DNA of 62,602 nucleotides, counting the filler, from Chiloscyllium plagiosum (lineage: Eukaryota), in NCBI RefSeq assembly GCF_004010195.1. It is 3 parts of one record of this genome, joined end to end, with 100 filler letters (N's around TTAATTAATTAA, not from the genome) between each part and the next. Parts side by side here need not be neighbours in the genome. Positions count along the whole stretch, not along the records: positions 1 to 30,617 come from NC_057714.1; 2 more parts are not named here. One strand, 5' to 3'. The notes below the pieces were generated by a model. That model searched no databases and had not been told where the DNA came from. It saw nothing but the letters and a program-made list of their open reading frames with translations. This document shows, piece by piece, positions 12,383 through 24,660 of this stretch. Each line of letters starts with the position of its first letter. The first letter of the stretch is position 1. Made by a program: the position numbers and the translations under genes.

Positions 12383-13184
12383 TCTGTCCATCTTCCTTCC
12401 CGCTTACCTGCTCCACCCTCCTCTCCGACCTATCACATTCACCCCCAACCTCATTCACCTGTTGCATTCTCAGCTCCCTTCCCCCCAGTCCCACCCCCTC
12501 CCATTTATCTCTCAGCCCCCTTGGCCCACTATAACCTGGTGTCATGTCATTTTCAACCATGTTATGATGTTTCCAAGTGACTCTTTAAGAGTTGTGAGGT
12601 TTCCTGTCATAATTGCCCTCCTGGTGCGTGTGTTCCATACTGCCACTGTCTGGGTGTATACATCTTTCCTCTAATCCCCTCTAGGTCTCCTGCTTCTCAC
12701 TTTAAAACGATGCTGCCTTGCTATCAACCCTTTGGGTTCGGGCATGGCTCATGCAGCTGTCCACAGGCTGGCAATGAGAGGAGAGGAAGCTGATTTAACA
12801 ATGACGTTTGGAAATGAAATGGAGACGGAAGCTGGGGAGTGAAATAATTCACACTTTTAAAGGGGGACCCTGTGGGGTTTGGACATATTTACCAAAGGGC
12901 TGGCATGGGACCACTGGACTGAATGGTCACCTATGCAACAGGGCAAGGAAGTGGCTCACCACCACTTTCTGCAGGGCAATCCGGGGCAGTGAATAAATGC
13001 TGGGTTCATCAGCAGCACCCATGACCCAGGGAAGGACAAAACAAAAATCACCTTGTGATTCTCTCTCGATGCAGCGCCAAAGGGCCAGTCTGGGTTATGA
13101 GCTCACGTCATCCGTGGGGTTCTGAATCAACAGCTTCCCGATTCGGATGAAATTTCCTGACTGGTGCCCAGCAAATGCGGAATC

Positions 13185-13675
13185 ATAGCACATAGAACAG
13201 CACAGCACAGGAACAGACCCTTCAGCCCATCGTGTTGTGCTGAACAAGATGTCAAATTAAACTAATTCCTGCTGCCTGCCCTTGGTCCATATCCCTCCAT
13301 TCCTTGCATATCCATGAGCTTATCTAAAAGCCCTGTAAATGCCCCTATTACCTACTACCTCATGGCAGCATGTTCCATACTCCTCCCACTCTCTGTGTAA
13401 AAAAACTAGCTCCTCCCATCTCCTTTGAACTTCAGCCCCTCTCACCTTAAATGAATGCCCTCCAGTATTAGACATTTCAACTCTGGGACTGTCAACCCTA
13501 TCCATGCCTCGCATAATTTTGTAGTCTCCTCTCAAGTCTCCCCCCAGCCTCCGCCAGCCCAGAGAAAAAAAACCCAGGTTTTCTAGCCTCTCCCTAGACC
13601 CTCTAATCCAGGCAGCATCCTGGTAAACCTTTTCTACACCCTCTCCAAAGCCTGCTGCAATATGGTGACCAGAAT
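13185..13675 (-). mobile_element. CR1 LINE 3' fragment
   Basis: ERLENLGFFSL..RRLGGDL..YKIMRGMDRV. Confidence 0.85.
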
Positions 13676-15349
13676 CCTTCATAATTGGCTCCACAGTGTT
13701 GTAAATTTGATGATCAGAAGCAACGCAAAATCAAAAGATTGGTTGAGTATTGAATAGGCCAACACTTTGTTCATTTATGATGGAGACTGCATAGTTGTGG
13801 CTAGACAAGAGGTGGTGAGGGGGATGCTGGGTAAAATGTCACCGGGGGCTAATTTTTAATTGAAAAAGATCGAGGCGAATGAAAAGCACACAACACTGCT
13901 GTGTCATGACGCTATGTCTTTAACTAAAGTGAACCTCTAGTTGAATTGAATCAGTGACTAATATCGCAACCTTTTCCACTGGAAGCCGTGTTATTTTGTA
14001 GCTTGACGGCTCCCTGTAATGTGTGTGGAATCACAGATGAAGCTCTTCGATGTGGTGCTTTCAGTTTTTATGAAGTTAAGAGGGCTTAATGAATATGCTA
14101 TTAGGGATGGAAAACAATTATGCTAATTAGCCATAATTTACATGAGGGAATTAAGATAATTAAGCAAATAGACTTTCTCCAGCAGCTCAAGAACATAAGT
14201 CCTTTCTTCATAAAATTTGGAGATTAAATCATTAAGGTATTAGGGAATAACCTATTAATTGTGCTAATCAGATCTAATTTGAATATGTGAATGAGTTTCA
14301 TTATGAAATCAGAAATCTGCACAACTCTACAGTCCGATATTTCTGAATGGTTGGGGCATTGGAATGCTATGAATGGTTTTTGTTACAATTGTACTGAATT
14401 TATAGGAGCATCAGTGTCTTTTTCCCATATTGGATGGTGAGAAAGGAAAGCCACATATTCACCTTGTCCCTATTTCCCCATCACTCCTCACTTTCTCTCA
14501 TGGCACCTTCAGTCATTTAGGGAGAATATTCCACACGCACGATCCAGAAACGTAAAGCTTTAACATGTCTCTTCCCTTTCAGATGCTGTCAGAGCTGGCC
14601 TTGGGTAAAAGACATTGCAATCGTTGAGTCGTGGTGCCGGTCTGATAGTACACAGTTCGTCCACTTCCCTTGGAGGTTTGGGCCCAGTCAGCGCAAAGGT
14701 GGCTCCACCAACCCTGTGATATGTAGAGAGAGCTGGTGCCCAGCTGTGAGCGTTCTCACTCTGGGTGGCACATTGGCTCAGTGGCTAGCACCGCTGCCTC
14801 ATCGCACCAGGGACCTGGGTTCAATTCCACCCTCGGGTAGCTGGCAGTGCGCAGTTTGCACATTCTCCCTGTGTCTGTGTGGGTTTCCTCTAAGTGCTCT
14901 GGTTCTCCCCCCACCCCAGTCCAAAGATGTGTGGGTTAGCCATGGGAAATGCAGGGTTACAGGGAAAGGGTAGGGAGTGTGCCTGGGTGCCTGAGGTGTC
15001 AATGGGCTGAATGGCCTCCTCTATGAATTGGCCGATTGGTGCTCAGAGAGCAGGCTCAATGCCCGACTTAGGGTGCCCTGTAGGCTTTTGAAGCTGATGG
15101 GCCAGCATGAGGTCCTGAGGGCAACAGTAAGGAGGGGGTAACTCCATCACCATCTTCCCCCTTCCAGCAGCATTCAATGCAAAATAATGGCTGTGATGCC
15201 GGTGCATACAAGGGTATGGACCAAGTGCTAGGGGAAAGCAAGAAGCACTGTTAGACCATGTGATACAGGAGGAGAATTAGGCTATTCAGCCCATTGTGTC
15301 TGCTCCACCATTCAGTCATGGCTGCTGTGTTTCTCAATTCAATTCTTGT

Positions 15350-15780
15350 TTTATGAAGAGTGGGTAAGGACTCTAGGTGGTTGATGGAGATTAGAAGGAT
15401 GAGGTCGGATATGAGTGAGACTTGCAGAATACTGAGAGGACGTGCGGCAGGTGTTTCCACTGGGAGAGACTAGGACCCGAGAGCACAGCCTCAATGTGAA
15501 GGGACGACCCTTGAGAATGGAAATGGGGTGGAATTTCTTCAGCCAGAGGGTGGTGACTCTGTGGAATCAATTGCCGCAGACGGCTGTGGAGGCCAAGTAA
15601 GTCACTGAGTGTATTTAAGACAGAGATAGGTAAGTTCTTGACTAGTGAGGGAATGAAGGATTACAGGGAGAAGGCAGGAGAACGCGATTGAGAAATGTAT
15701 CAGCCATGATCGAATGGCGGAGCAGATGTGATGGGGTGAAGGTTTAATTCTGCTCCTAGGCTATACGATCTTATGGTCTA
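15350..15780 (+). mobile_element. CR1 LINE 3' fragment
   Basis: ttcttcagccagagggtggtgactctgtggaa plus the typical 3' UTR. Confidence 0.8.
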
Positions 15781-17158
15781 AAATTGTGGGGAACATGGGT
15801 TTGAATCCAGCCACGGCAAATGGTAAATGAAACCTGGAGATTTAAAAGGTTGAGCTAACAGTGGCAATTGTTGTCAATTGTTGTAAGAACCTGTGTACCT
15901 TAGAGAAGAAAATCTGTCATCTTTACTCGGTCTGTAATGCCAGACCCACAGCAATATGGTTGACTCTTAACTAGCCTCCGGGCAATTCAGGATGGGCAAT
16001 TAATGTTGGCCTAGCCAATGGTGCCCTCATCCTTGGAAGGAATAATTAAAAATAGAAACATCTGAAAATGGTTGGACTGAAGCCTTCAGGTGCTCGGCCT
16101 CTTGTGGTGCTGTGGTAATGTGCCTACCTCTGAACCAGGAACCCTGCATTCAAGCTCCACCTGCTCAAGAGATGTGTGGTAACATTTTGCATTCCTCTTT
16201 GTCATAACCTTTTGACCTCATAGTACCATATGTGGCTCACTGCCATAATTTGTTTGCCTGCAATCTTTTGTTATTTTTGAAGGCTCTATATAAATGCAGG
16301 TTAGATTAGATTAGATTAGATTCCCTACAGTGTGGAAACAGGCCCTTCGGCCCAACCAGTCCACACCGACCCTCCGAAGAGTAACCCCCCAGACCCGTTT
16401 CCCTCTGACTAATGCACCTAATACTATGGGCAATTTAGCATGGCCAATTCACCTGGCCGGCACATCTTTGGATTGTGGGAGGAAACCGGAGCTCCCAGAT
16501 GAAACCCACACAGACACAGGGGGAATGTGCATCTCCACACAGACAGTCTGTCCGAGGCTGGGATCGAACCTGGGACCCTGGTGCTGTGAGGCAGCAGTGC
16601 TAACCACTGAGTCACCCTGCTGCCCTATTCAGGTTATTCAAAATGATTCTCCAGCTGTGAATGTGTTTCTGGGAGACATGATGGGTCGATTGAAAAATAT
16701 CTACCCAGAGACACTCCTGCAGAGATGTTCTGGAGCTGAGGTGACTGACCTCCAACCACCACGACCATCTTCCATTGTGCCAAGCCTGAGATCAATCAGC
16801 CCATTCACAGTTATCAGGACAAATGCAAAAATACCGAGACTTCAAATGATGACAGCAATTTATTTTTTTTCTTCTTTTTTTTTTAGCTATTATCAAATTG
16901 GTCCTAAAACCCCTTCAACCCCAGACTTTTCAGAGTCGGTATCGTTTACGACCGCTTGGGAAAAAAAGCCAAGGACGGCATAACCTTGTTGAAGGAACAG
17001 CTTCATCACAATATGGGCCGGGAATAGGCAGGTGGGACTGGTTTAGTTTGGAGTTATGTTCAGGATGGACTGGGGGGACCAAAGGGTCTGTATCTGTGCT
17101 CTGTGATTCTATGACTTGATACCACAACCTTTAGACATTGTGTACTTTTATCTCTCAC

Positions 17159-17407
17159 TGAAATAACTCCACAGAGGCTAGAATCCTATCACCAAATCAC
17201 CATTCATTTACATGTGGTGAATGCTTGACACTGCTCCAGCTCCCTCAGAGCCCAGCTCTCAGTGATCCAGATGTCAGACCAGTTCTTTTTCTCTTTTTCT
17301 TTTCTCTTTTCTTTTTTCTTTTCTTTTTTTTCCCTTTTGCCCCCACACCACTGCTGTAGTCCTTATTTTTACCCCAGCACCCATGTTGTGTGTGTGCAGG
17401 TGTGAGC
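17159..17407 (-). mobile_element. Tx1-like 3' tail + A-rich tract joined to an LTR 3' half
   Basis: Minus strand reads ctcacacctgcacacacacaacatgggtgctgggg (as at 9485-9522), an A-rich run, then ...agcctctgtggagttatttca. Confidence 0.65.
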
Positions 17408-17924
17408 AATTTATAGGACGAGAGTAAAGGGTGCTGGTTGGTTGGTAACTGGGCTCTGATCGTTATGAGAAAGCCACGGGGAATGTATAGTCCAAATGGG
17501 GAACAAAGGAAGCTGGGTGTAGAAGTGGAGACATTGCTGAGGTGGTAAGGCAGGTTGACAAAGTTGAAATGTATCAAGAGGGACAATGAGAGCAAAGGCT
17601 AAGGAGATACATTGACTATTGGTTTGGCTCCAGCTGGAGTATTGCACACAGTTTTTGCGAGTTCTCCTCTGGGAAGGGTGTGAAGCTACCACAGCAGCTG
17701 CTGAAAAGATTCGGGAGAATAGTTTCAGGTCTGGGTAGGTCCACTTATGAAGATCGATTGGAGAATTTGAGGCCGTTTTCTTTGGAGGAGAGGAGATTTG
17801 TTCAAGGTATTCAAAACCATGAGGCATCTGGACAAAAGTGCAAAGGGAGACACTGATTTTTTTTTTTATTCACTTTTGGGACTTGGGTATCACTGGCTGG
17901 CCAACACTGATAGCCCAGGGAAGC

Positions 17925-19255
17925 AGAGGGAAGCTGCTGGGGAAGGTACTGAGGGATAGGATCTTTTCCCATTTGGAAGAAAATGGGCTTATCAGTAATG
18001 GGCAGCATGGTTTTGTGCAGGGAAGGTTATGTCTTACCAACTTAATAGAATTTTTTGAGGAGGTGACAAAGTTGATTGAGGAGGGGGAAGGACTGTAGGT
18101 GTCATATACATGGACTTCAGTGAGGTGTTTGATAAGGTTCCCCATGATAGGCTGATGGAGAAGGTGAAGTCGCATGGGGTCCAGGGTGAGCTAGCTAGAT
18201 GGATAGAGAACTGGCTGGGCAACAAGAGACAGAACGCAGTAGTGGAAAGGAGTTTCTCAACAAGGAGATCTGTGACCAGTGGTGTTCCACAGGGACCCGT
18301 TCTGGGACCACTGTTGTTTGTCATATATAGCAATGATTTGGACGAGGGTATCAGTTGCCTAATTAGCAAGTTTGCAGATGACACCAAGATTGGTGGAGTA
18401 GCCGATAGTGAAGGGGACTGTCAGAGAATACAGCAGAATATAGATAGATTGGTGAGATAGAGTTCAATCCGGGCAAATGCGAGGTGATGCATTTTGGAAG
18501 ATCCAATTCAAGAGCAAACTGTACAGCAAAAGGAAAAGCCCTGGGGAACATTGATGTACAGAGAGATCTGGGTGTTCAGGTCCATTGGTCCCTGAAGGTC
18601 GATAGAGTGGTCAAGAGGCATACAGCACGCTTTCCTTCATCGGGCAGGGTACTGAGTACAAGGGTTGGCAGGTAATGTTACTGTTGTATAGGACGTTGGG
18701 TTGGCCACAGTTGGAATACTGTGTACAGTTCTGGTCACTCACATTACCAAAAGGATGTGGATGCTTTGGAGAGGGTGCAGAGGAGGTTCACCAGGATGTT
18801 GCCTGGTATGGAGGGTGCTAGCTATGAAGAGAGATTGAATAGATTAGGATTATTTTCATTAGAAAGATGGAGGTTGAGGGGGGACCTGATTGAGGTCTAC
18901 AAAATCATGAGAGGTGTAGACAGGGTGGATAGCAAGAAGCTTTTTCCCCAGAGTGGGGGACTCAATTACTAGGGGTCACGAGTTTAAGGTGAGAGGGGAA
19001 AGGTTTAGGGGAGATATGTGTGGAAAGTTCTTTACGCAGAGAGTGGTGGGTGCCTGGAAAGCGTTGCCAGCGGAAGTGGTAGGGTTGGGAACGATAGTGT
19101 CATTTAAGATGTATCTAGGCAGATACATGAATGGGCAGGGAGCAGAGCGATACAGATCCTTAGAAAATAGGCGACAGGTTTAGACAAAGGATCTGGATCG
19201 GCGCAGGCTTGGAGGGCTGAAGGGCCTGTTCCTGTGCTATAATGCTCTTTGTTTC
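17925..19255 (+). mobile_element. CR1 LINE RT/3' fragment inserted in a Meta-like SINE
   Basis: QHGFVQGR, MDFSEVFDKVPH, SGVPQGPVLGPLLF and KFADDTK. Confidence 0.95.
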
Positions 19256-20282
19256 TCCCTATTTGCCCTCGAAAAGGTGGTGATGAGCTGCCTTCTTTAC
19301 TTGCTAGCGATTGATACAACTGAATGGCTTGCTAGGCCATTTCAGAGGGCAGCTGGGAGTCAACCACATTGCTATAGGTCTGGAGTCACATGCAGGCCAG
19401 ACCCAGGTAAGGATGGTAGATTTCCTTCCCCAAAGGACATTAGTGAACCAGATGGGCTTTTCTAATAATTTGACAATGGTTTCATGGTCTTTGATAGACT
19501 CTTAATTCCAGACATTTTAAAAACTGATTTCAAATTCCACCATCTGCCATGGTGGAATTTGAACTCAAATCCCCAGAATATTAATCTGAGTTTCTGGAAT
19601 AATAGTTGAGCAATAATATCACGAGGTCATTGCCTACCCTATCCCATAGATGGAAGGATCGAGAGCCAAAAGGAACGTTTGAGCACTTCAAACAAGCAAA
19701 GCGAGACTGATGACAGAAACAAACCTTTTCACTCAGCGAGTAGTTAGGAATGTAGTGCTCGGAAATGTGGTGGTGGCAGGTTCAACTGAAGCATTCAAGA
19801 AAGGCGTTGGATGATTATTTGGATAAAATATTATCCAGGGATATGGGGAAAAGCCAGGAGATTGGCACGAGGTAATAGGAACTGGTGAAGACATGATGGG
19901 CCGAATGGCTCCATCCACGCCATAGCAGTTCTTTGATTCTGTGAGGTAATGGACATGAAGCAACAGCAATACATGGAGAAGCCATACGCCTGGTTAGGAT
20001 CAAGAATGTACTACCCGAGAGTGTGGAGGAAGTGGGGCGATTGTTATTTGAAAAGGCAAAACATGCAGGGCCATGAGAGAAAGGCAGTAGAGTAACACAA
20101 CGTGAGTTTCTCCTTCACAGGGATAGTACTGTCACGACAGGCTGAATGGTTCCAACCACCACCTAACTCCCTCTTTCTCTCCTTGTCTAAGACATTCTTT
20201 GAACCTTTCCATGTAACCTTCTGGCCTCAGAGCTCCTTAAGTGGCTAAATATCATAATTTGTTTGCCTGTGATCTTTTACTA

Positions 20283-20492
20283 CAGTTTGTTCTGCTATAA
20301 CACACGTTTCGTTAACGTGAATTTGCGATTGACGATTTGAGGACACTGATTTTACAACGCAAACTTTTAAACTGTGTGTTCGCTTTAACGCAATTACATC
20401 CCCAACACTTAAGCGCTGTTTCTAAAGTGCGATTTTTCTATAATCAGGGGTTGCGCAAGAACGCCACCATTGCGTTATAGAAGAACTACCTG
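20283..20492. mobile_element. Tc1/pogo (Tigger-like) MITE
   Basis: Imperfect TIRs cagtttgttctgctataac / gttatagaagaactacctg; TA at 20281-20282 and CA at the right end. Confidence 0.7.
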
Positions 20493-21894
20493 CATCTCCG
20501 AAGGCTCTATATAAATGCAGATTACTGGAAGTAATTCTCCAAATGAGAATGTATTTCTGGGAGATATGATGGGGAGCGTTATAAAAAATTCAAACCTCCC
20601 TTTTGATGTAAGTGAGAGGGAACGAGGTGAATCTGACTTGGAGGTTGAATTAAAAAACAAGAAAGTGATCTTAATTTGATTCCAAAGACTTATGAACAAG
20701 GCAAGTTGTACTTATTCACCTATAGTTGCTGTTTAGATTCCTTTTAGCTGTTTTGGAGAATTCTTCAGGCATAAGTTCATACAGCTCGGAAACAGATCCA
20801 TGCTGACCATGATCCCAAACTAAACCAGGCCCACCTGCCTGCACTAGGCCCACCTGCCTGAACTAGGCCCATATCCCATATTCCAGTTCTGGTCTCCCTG
20901 TTATAGGGAAGATATTATTAAGCTGAGAGGGATCAGAAGAGATTTACCAGGACGCTGTCTGAAAGTTATGAGGAGAGGTTGGGCCTTCCTTCACTGGAGC
21001 ACGAGAGGTGACCTTATGGAGGTTTACAAAATAATGAGAGGGACAGTTAAGATGAACGGCAAGGGTGGGGAATTTCAAGGCCGGGGGCATACCTTTAAGA
21101 TGAGAGGAGAAAGATTAAAAAAAAAGACAGGAAGGCACAGCGTTTTACACAGTGAGCGGTTTGTGTGTGGAATGAACATCCAGCCACGCGATTGGGAAAT
21201 TGTGAGGTCGGCTGCCTGAAACGATATTTTGCATATCCTCCAGAACCTCATTTGGTGCCTCTGTTATTGTTACCGTCTCATTATAAACAAAAGTTTTCCC
21301 TTTGGTCCCAGCAGCAGCTCCATTAATAACACCCCAGTCAAAGCCATTCCCAATTAGTGTGAGTACTGTTATGTAAAATAGACTTGGAAGTACGAAGCCA
21401 AGACAAAACCTTACACAATATTCTAAAATGAATGTCTGTGAAAGAAAAAGTAACGAAAAGGTATGCACATACATTATATTATTAAAGGAGAATGTTTCAT
21501 TAAGTACCAGCTCCTCAGCAGTGACCAAATGATTTCTAACCTTCTGAAGTGAGGAGTAATTGTTTCTCAATGTCACAGTCAATTATATTGCTCCATTGAA
21601 TAGTATCATGTTCACACCCCCCCCAACACAACTACCTCTTCCCTCAGTAGACTGTCAAAAATGGTTAGATTTAACGAGGCGATGCTTGCATCACCAGAGA
21701 GGGAAAAGACTGCTGTTCTGACACAACGACATTTGAAATAATTGAGTTGTGTTGTCCAATTTTTTTTCCAAAACGAAATTACTGAAATGGAGATTCGCCC
21801 AATTACTTTCGACGCTTCCTGAGCTTCCTGATGAAGTCGATTCTGCAATGAGGGTCTCGCCACGGTTTTAATCACCGATTCCCAGCTCTGCACC

Positions 21895-22255
21895 ATCAGA
21901 AATAGGAACAGGAGTAGGCCATTCGGCCCCTCGACTCTAGGATCATGGCTGACCTGTCATTCCTCACGTCCGCTTTCCTGCCCTTTCCCCACAACCCTTG
22001 ATTCTCCGACTGGTCAAGAATCTAGCTCCATTTTAAATATACACAAGGCTTCCCCCACTACAGCTCCCTGTGGCAAGGAGTTCAAAACCCTCCGAGAAAA
22101 GAAATTCCTCTTCATCTCCGTCTTAACTTAATGCCCTTGCTCTGAGACTCTCCCATGAGGGGAAACATCTCTCTCAGCGTTGACCCTGTTGCACTCCTTA
22201 AGAATCTGATATGTTTCAATAACATCACCTCTCATTCTTGTAAAGCCCAGTGAGT
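21895..22255 (-). mobile_element. CR1 LINE 3' fragment
   Basis: Starts with the reverse-complemented tail aataggaacaggagtaggccattcggcccctcga. Confidence 0.8.
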
Positions 22256-23929
22256 ATCTGCAATATTTTTGTTGTCAGGCCATTTTCTTCATTCTCCATG
22301 AGTTACGTGACCAGTGGTAAAATCCAATTGGGACTTGCATTGACTTTTCCCAAGCCTTTTACGATCTTCCCTAAATGAGTGATCCCAATGGGTCCTTTAT
22401 GACTACCAACAGTGGTGACATGTCAGCAACAGGCTAGATGTTTATTCCAGATTTTCAAAATTCAGTTCCATTTTCACCCCCTGCTGCCATGGGATTTGCA
22501 TGCACCTGAGCGTACACTACCACCGAAAGAAAATTTGGAAATGTTTGTTTATGAGGGCAAGACTGGCTGGTACTAACTCTCCGAGAGAAGAAATTCCTCC
22601 TCATTTCAGCCTTAAATGGGCACCTCTTTATTCTGACACTATGCCCTCTGGTCCGAGAATCTCCCATGATGAGCCGGAGCATCCTCTCAGCATTGTCCCT
22701 GTCAAGAATCCGATATGTTTCAAAGTGCTGGGAAGGCTGGGTCATCTACAGCACAGTGGCTCAATAGTTGGCACTGCTGCCTCACGGTGCCAGGGACCCG
22801 GGTTTGATCCCAGCCTCAGGCGACTGTCTGCATAGAGTTTGCACATTCTCCCCATGTCTGCGTGGGTTTCCTTCTACAATCCGAAGACGTGCAGGTTAGC
22901 TGAATCGGCCACGCTAAATTGCCCATAGTGTTAAGTGCGTTAGTCAAGGGTAAATGTAGGGGAAGGGTCTGGGTGGCATACTTTTTGGAGGGTTGGTGTT
23001 GGACTTGTTGGGCCAAATGGTCTATTTCCATACTGTAAGGAATCTAATCCAAAAATGCCCATTACAGCCACCCGAGTCAAAAACAACCGTTATCCTACAA
23101 CTAAAACAAACCGATGAACTGCAGAGACTGGAGATCAGAACCGAGTAAGGGTCACTGGATCCAAAGCAGTTAATTCTGCTTTTTGTCCACAGATGCTGCC
23201 AGATTTGCTGAGCTTTCACTGCAATTTCTGTTTTCGTTTCGATTTTTTATATAAAATCCCTCCAGAGTGATAAGAGACCATTTGACCCACAAAGTCTGCA
23301 CCGACATTCCAACAGAGCCTGGTCGGCATGGACGGGTTGGGCCGAAGGGTCTGTTCCCATGCTGTATGGCCTACAGCAGCCTAGCAAGCCTCCTCACAAA
23401 CCTCCCCCCCACCTCCTGCTGCCCACCTCCTGGTCAAGGACAATTAAGGACAGGCAATAAATTGTGACCTTGCCAGTGATGCCTAAATCCCATGAAGAAT
23501 TTGAAAAACAAAATTCTTTATTATCCATCAGCTCCTTTGAAAGGTTACCATTGATTGAAAGTGAAATCCATGCTGGCAGGAGGTCAGTGACCTGAGGCGT
23601 TCACAATTTATCTCTCTCTGCAAGTGCTGCCTGACTCACCGAGTGCTCTCTGGCAGCTTCGAGTTGTCAATATTTTTCTAACCAATCCATTCAGAGTCGT
23701 TATTACACATCTCTGGAGCAGGTAGCATTTGAGTCTGAACCGCTGGGTTCAAAGATAGGGACACTACCGCAAGCCCCTTGATGGGATTTGAACTCTGAAC
23801 TCTAGCCTCAGTATCTGGATAACTATTCCAGTGCAGCTTTGAGTTTTATTCTGCGATCATTTTTGCTTTTCCGCTTATTTCTGTGGTGTCTCCTGTTCCC
23901 CACACCGTTACTATTGTTAAATAATTAGG

Positions 23930-24660
23930 GATGGCGTGGTGGTTAGCACTGCTGCCTCTCAGCACCAGGGACCTGGGTTCGATTCCAGCCTTGGGCCACT
24001 ATCTGTATGGAGTTTAAACGTTCTCCCATGCCTTTGTGAGTTTCCTCCCATAGTCCAAAGATGTGCAGGCAAGGGTGGATTGGCCGTGAGAAATTGCCCC
24101 ATAGCGTTCAGGGATGTGTAGATTAACTGCACAAAGTTAAAGATCACACAACACCAGGTTATAGTCCAACAGGTTTATTTGGAAGCACTAGCCTGTTGGA
24201 CAATAACCTGGTGTTGTGCGATTTTTAGTCTCGATTAGAGTGGTGCTGGAAAAGCACAGCAGGTCAGGCAGCATCTGAGGAGCAGGAGCAGGAGAATCGA
24301 CGTTTCGGGCAAAAGCCCTTCATCAGTAATGCGGCCTCATTCCTGATGAAGGGCTTTTGCCCGAAACGTCGATTCTCCTACCCCTGCTCCTCAGATGCTG
24401 TCTGACCTGCTGTGCTTTTCCAGCACCACTCTAACCCAGACTCTGGTCTCCAGGATCTGCAGTACCCGCTTTTCCCATGTGTGATTTTTAACTTTGTCCA
24501 CCCCAGTCCAACACTGGCACCTTCAAATCTCAGTTAGGTGTGGTAGCAGAGGAAAATGCAGGGTTACAGGGATGGCATGGGTCTGGGTTGAATGCTCTTC
24601 AGAGGGTTGGTGTGGACTTGTTGGACCGAATGGCCTGTCCCACATTGTGGGGATTCTATT
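23930..24660 (+). mobile_element. Triple nest: HE1 SINE > Penelope-derived fold-back (family C, ~24130-24530) > Penelope fold-back (family A, ~24228-24477)
   Basis: Two inverted-repeat pairs; tgtg(c/t)gattttta duplicated at 24215-24227 and 24478-24490. Confidence 0.8.
24337..24376 (+). ncRNA. Minimal type I hammerhead ribozyme motif (family A); inverted copy at ~24296-24330 on minus
   Basis: attc-CTGATGA-a-gggc tttt gccc-GAAA-C-GTC-gatt. Confidence 0.75.
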
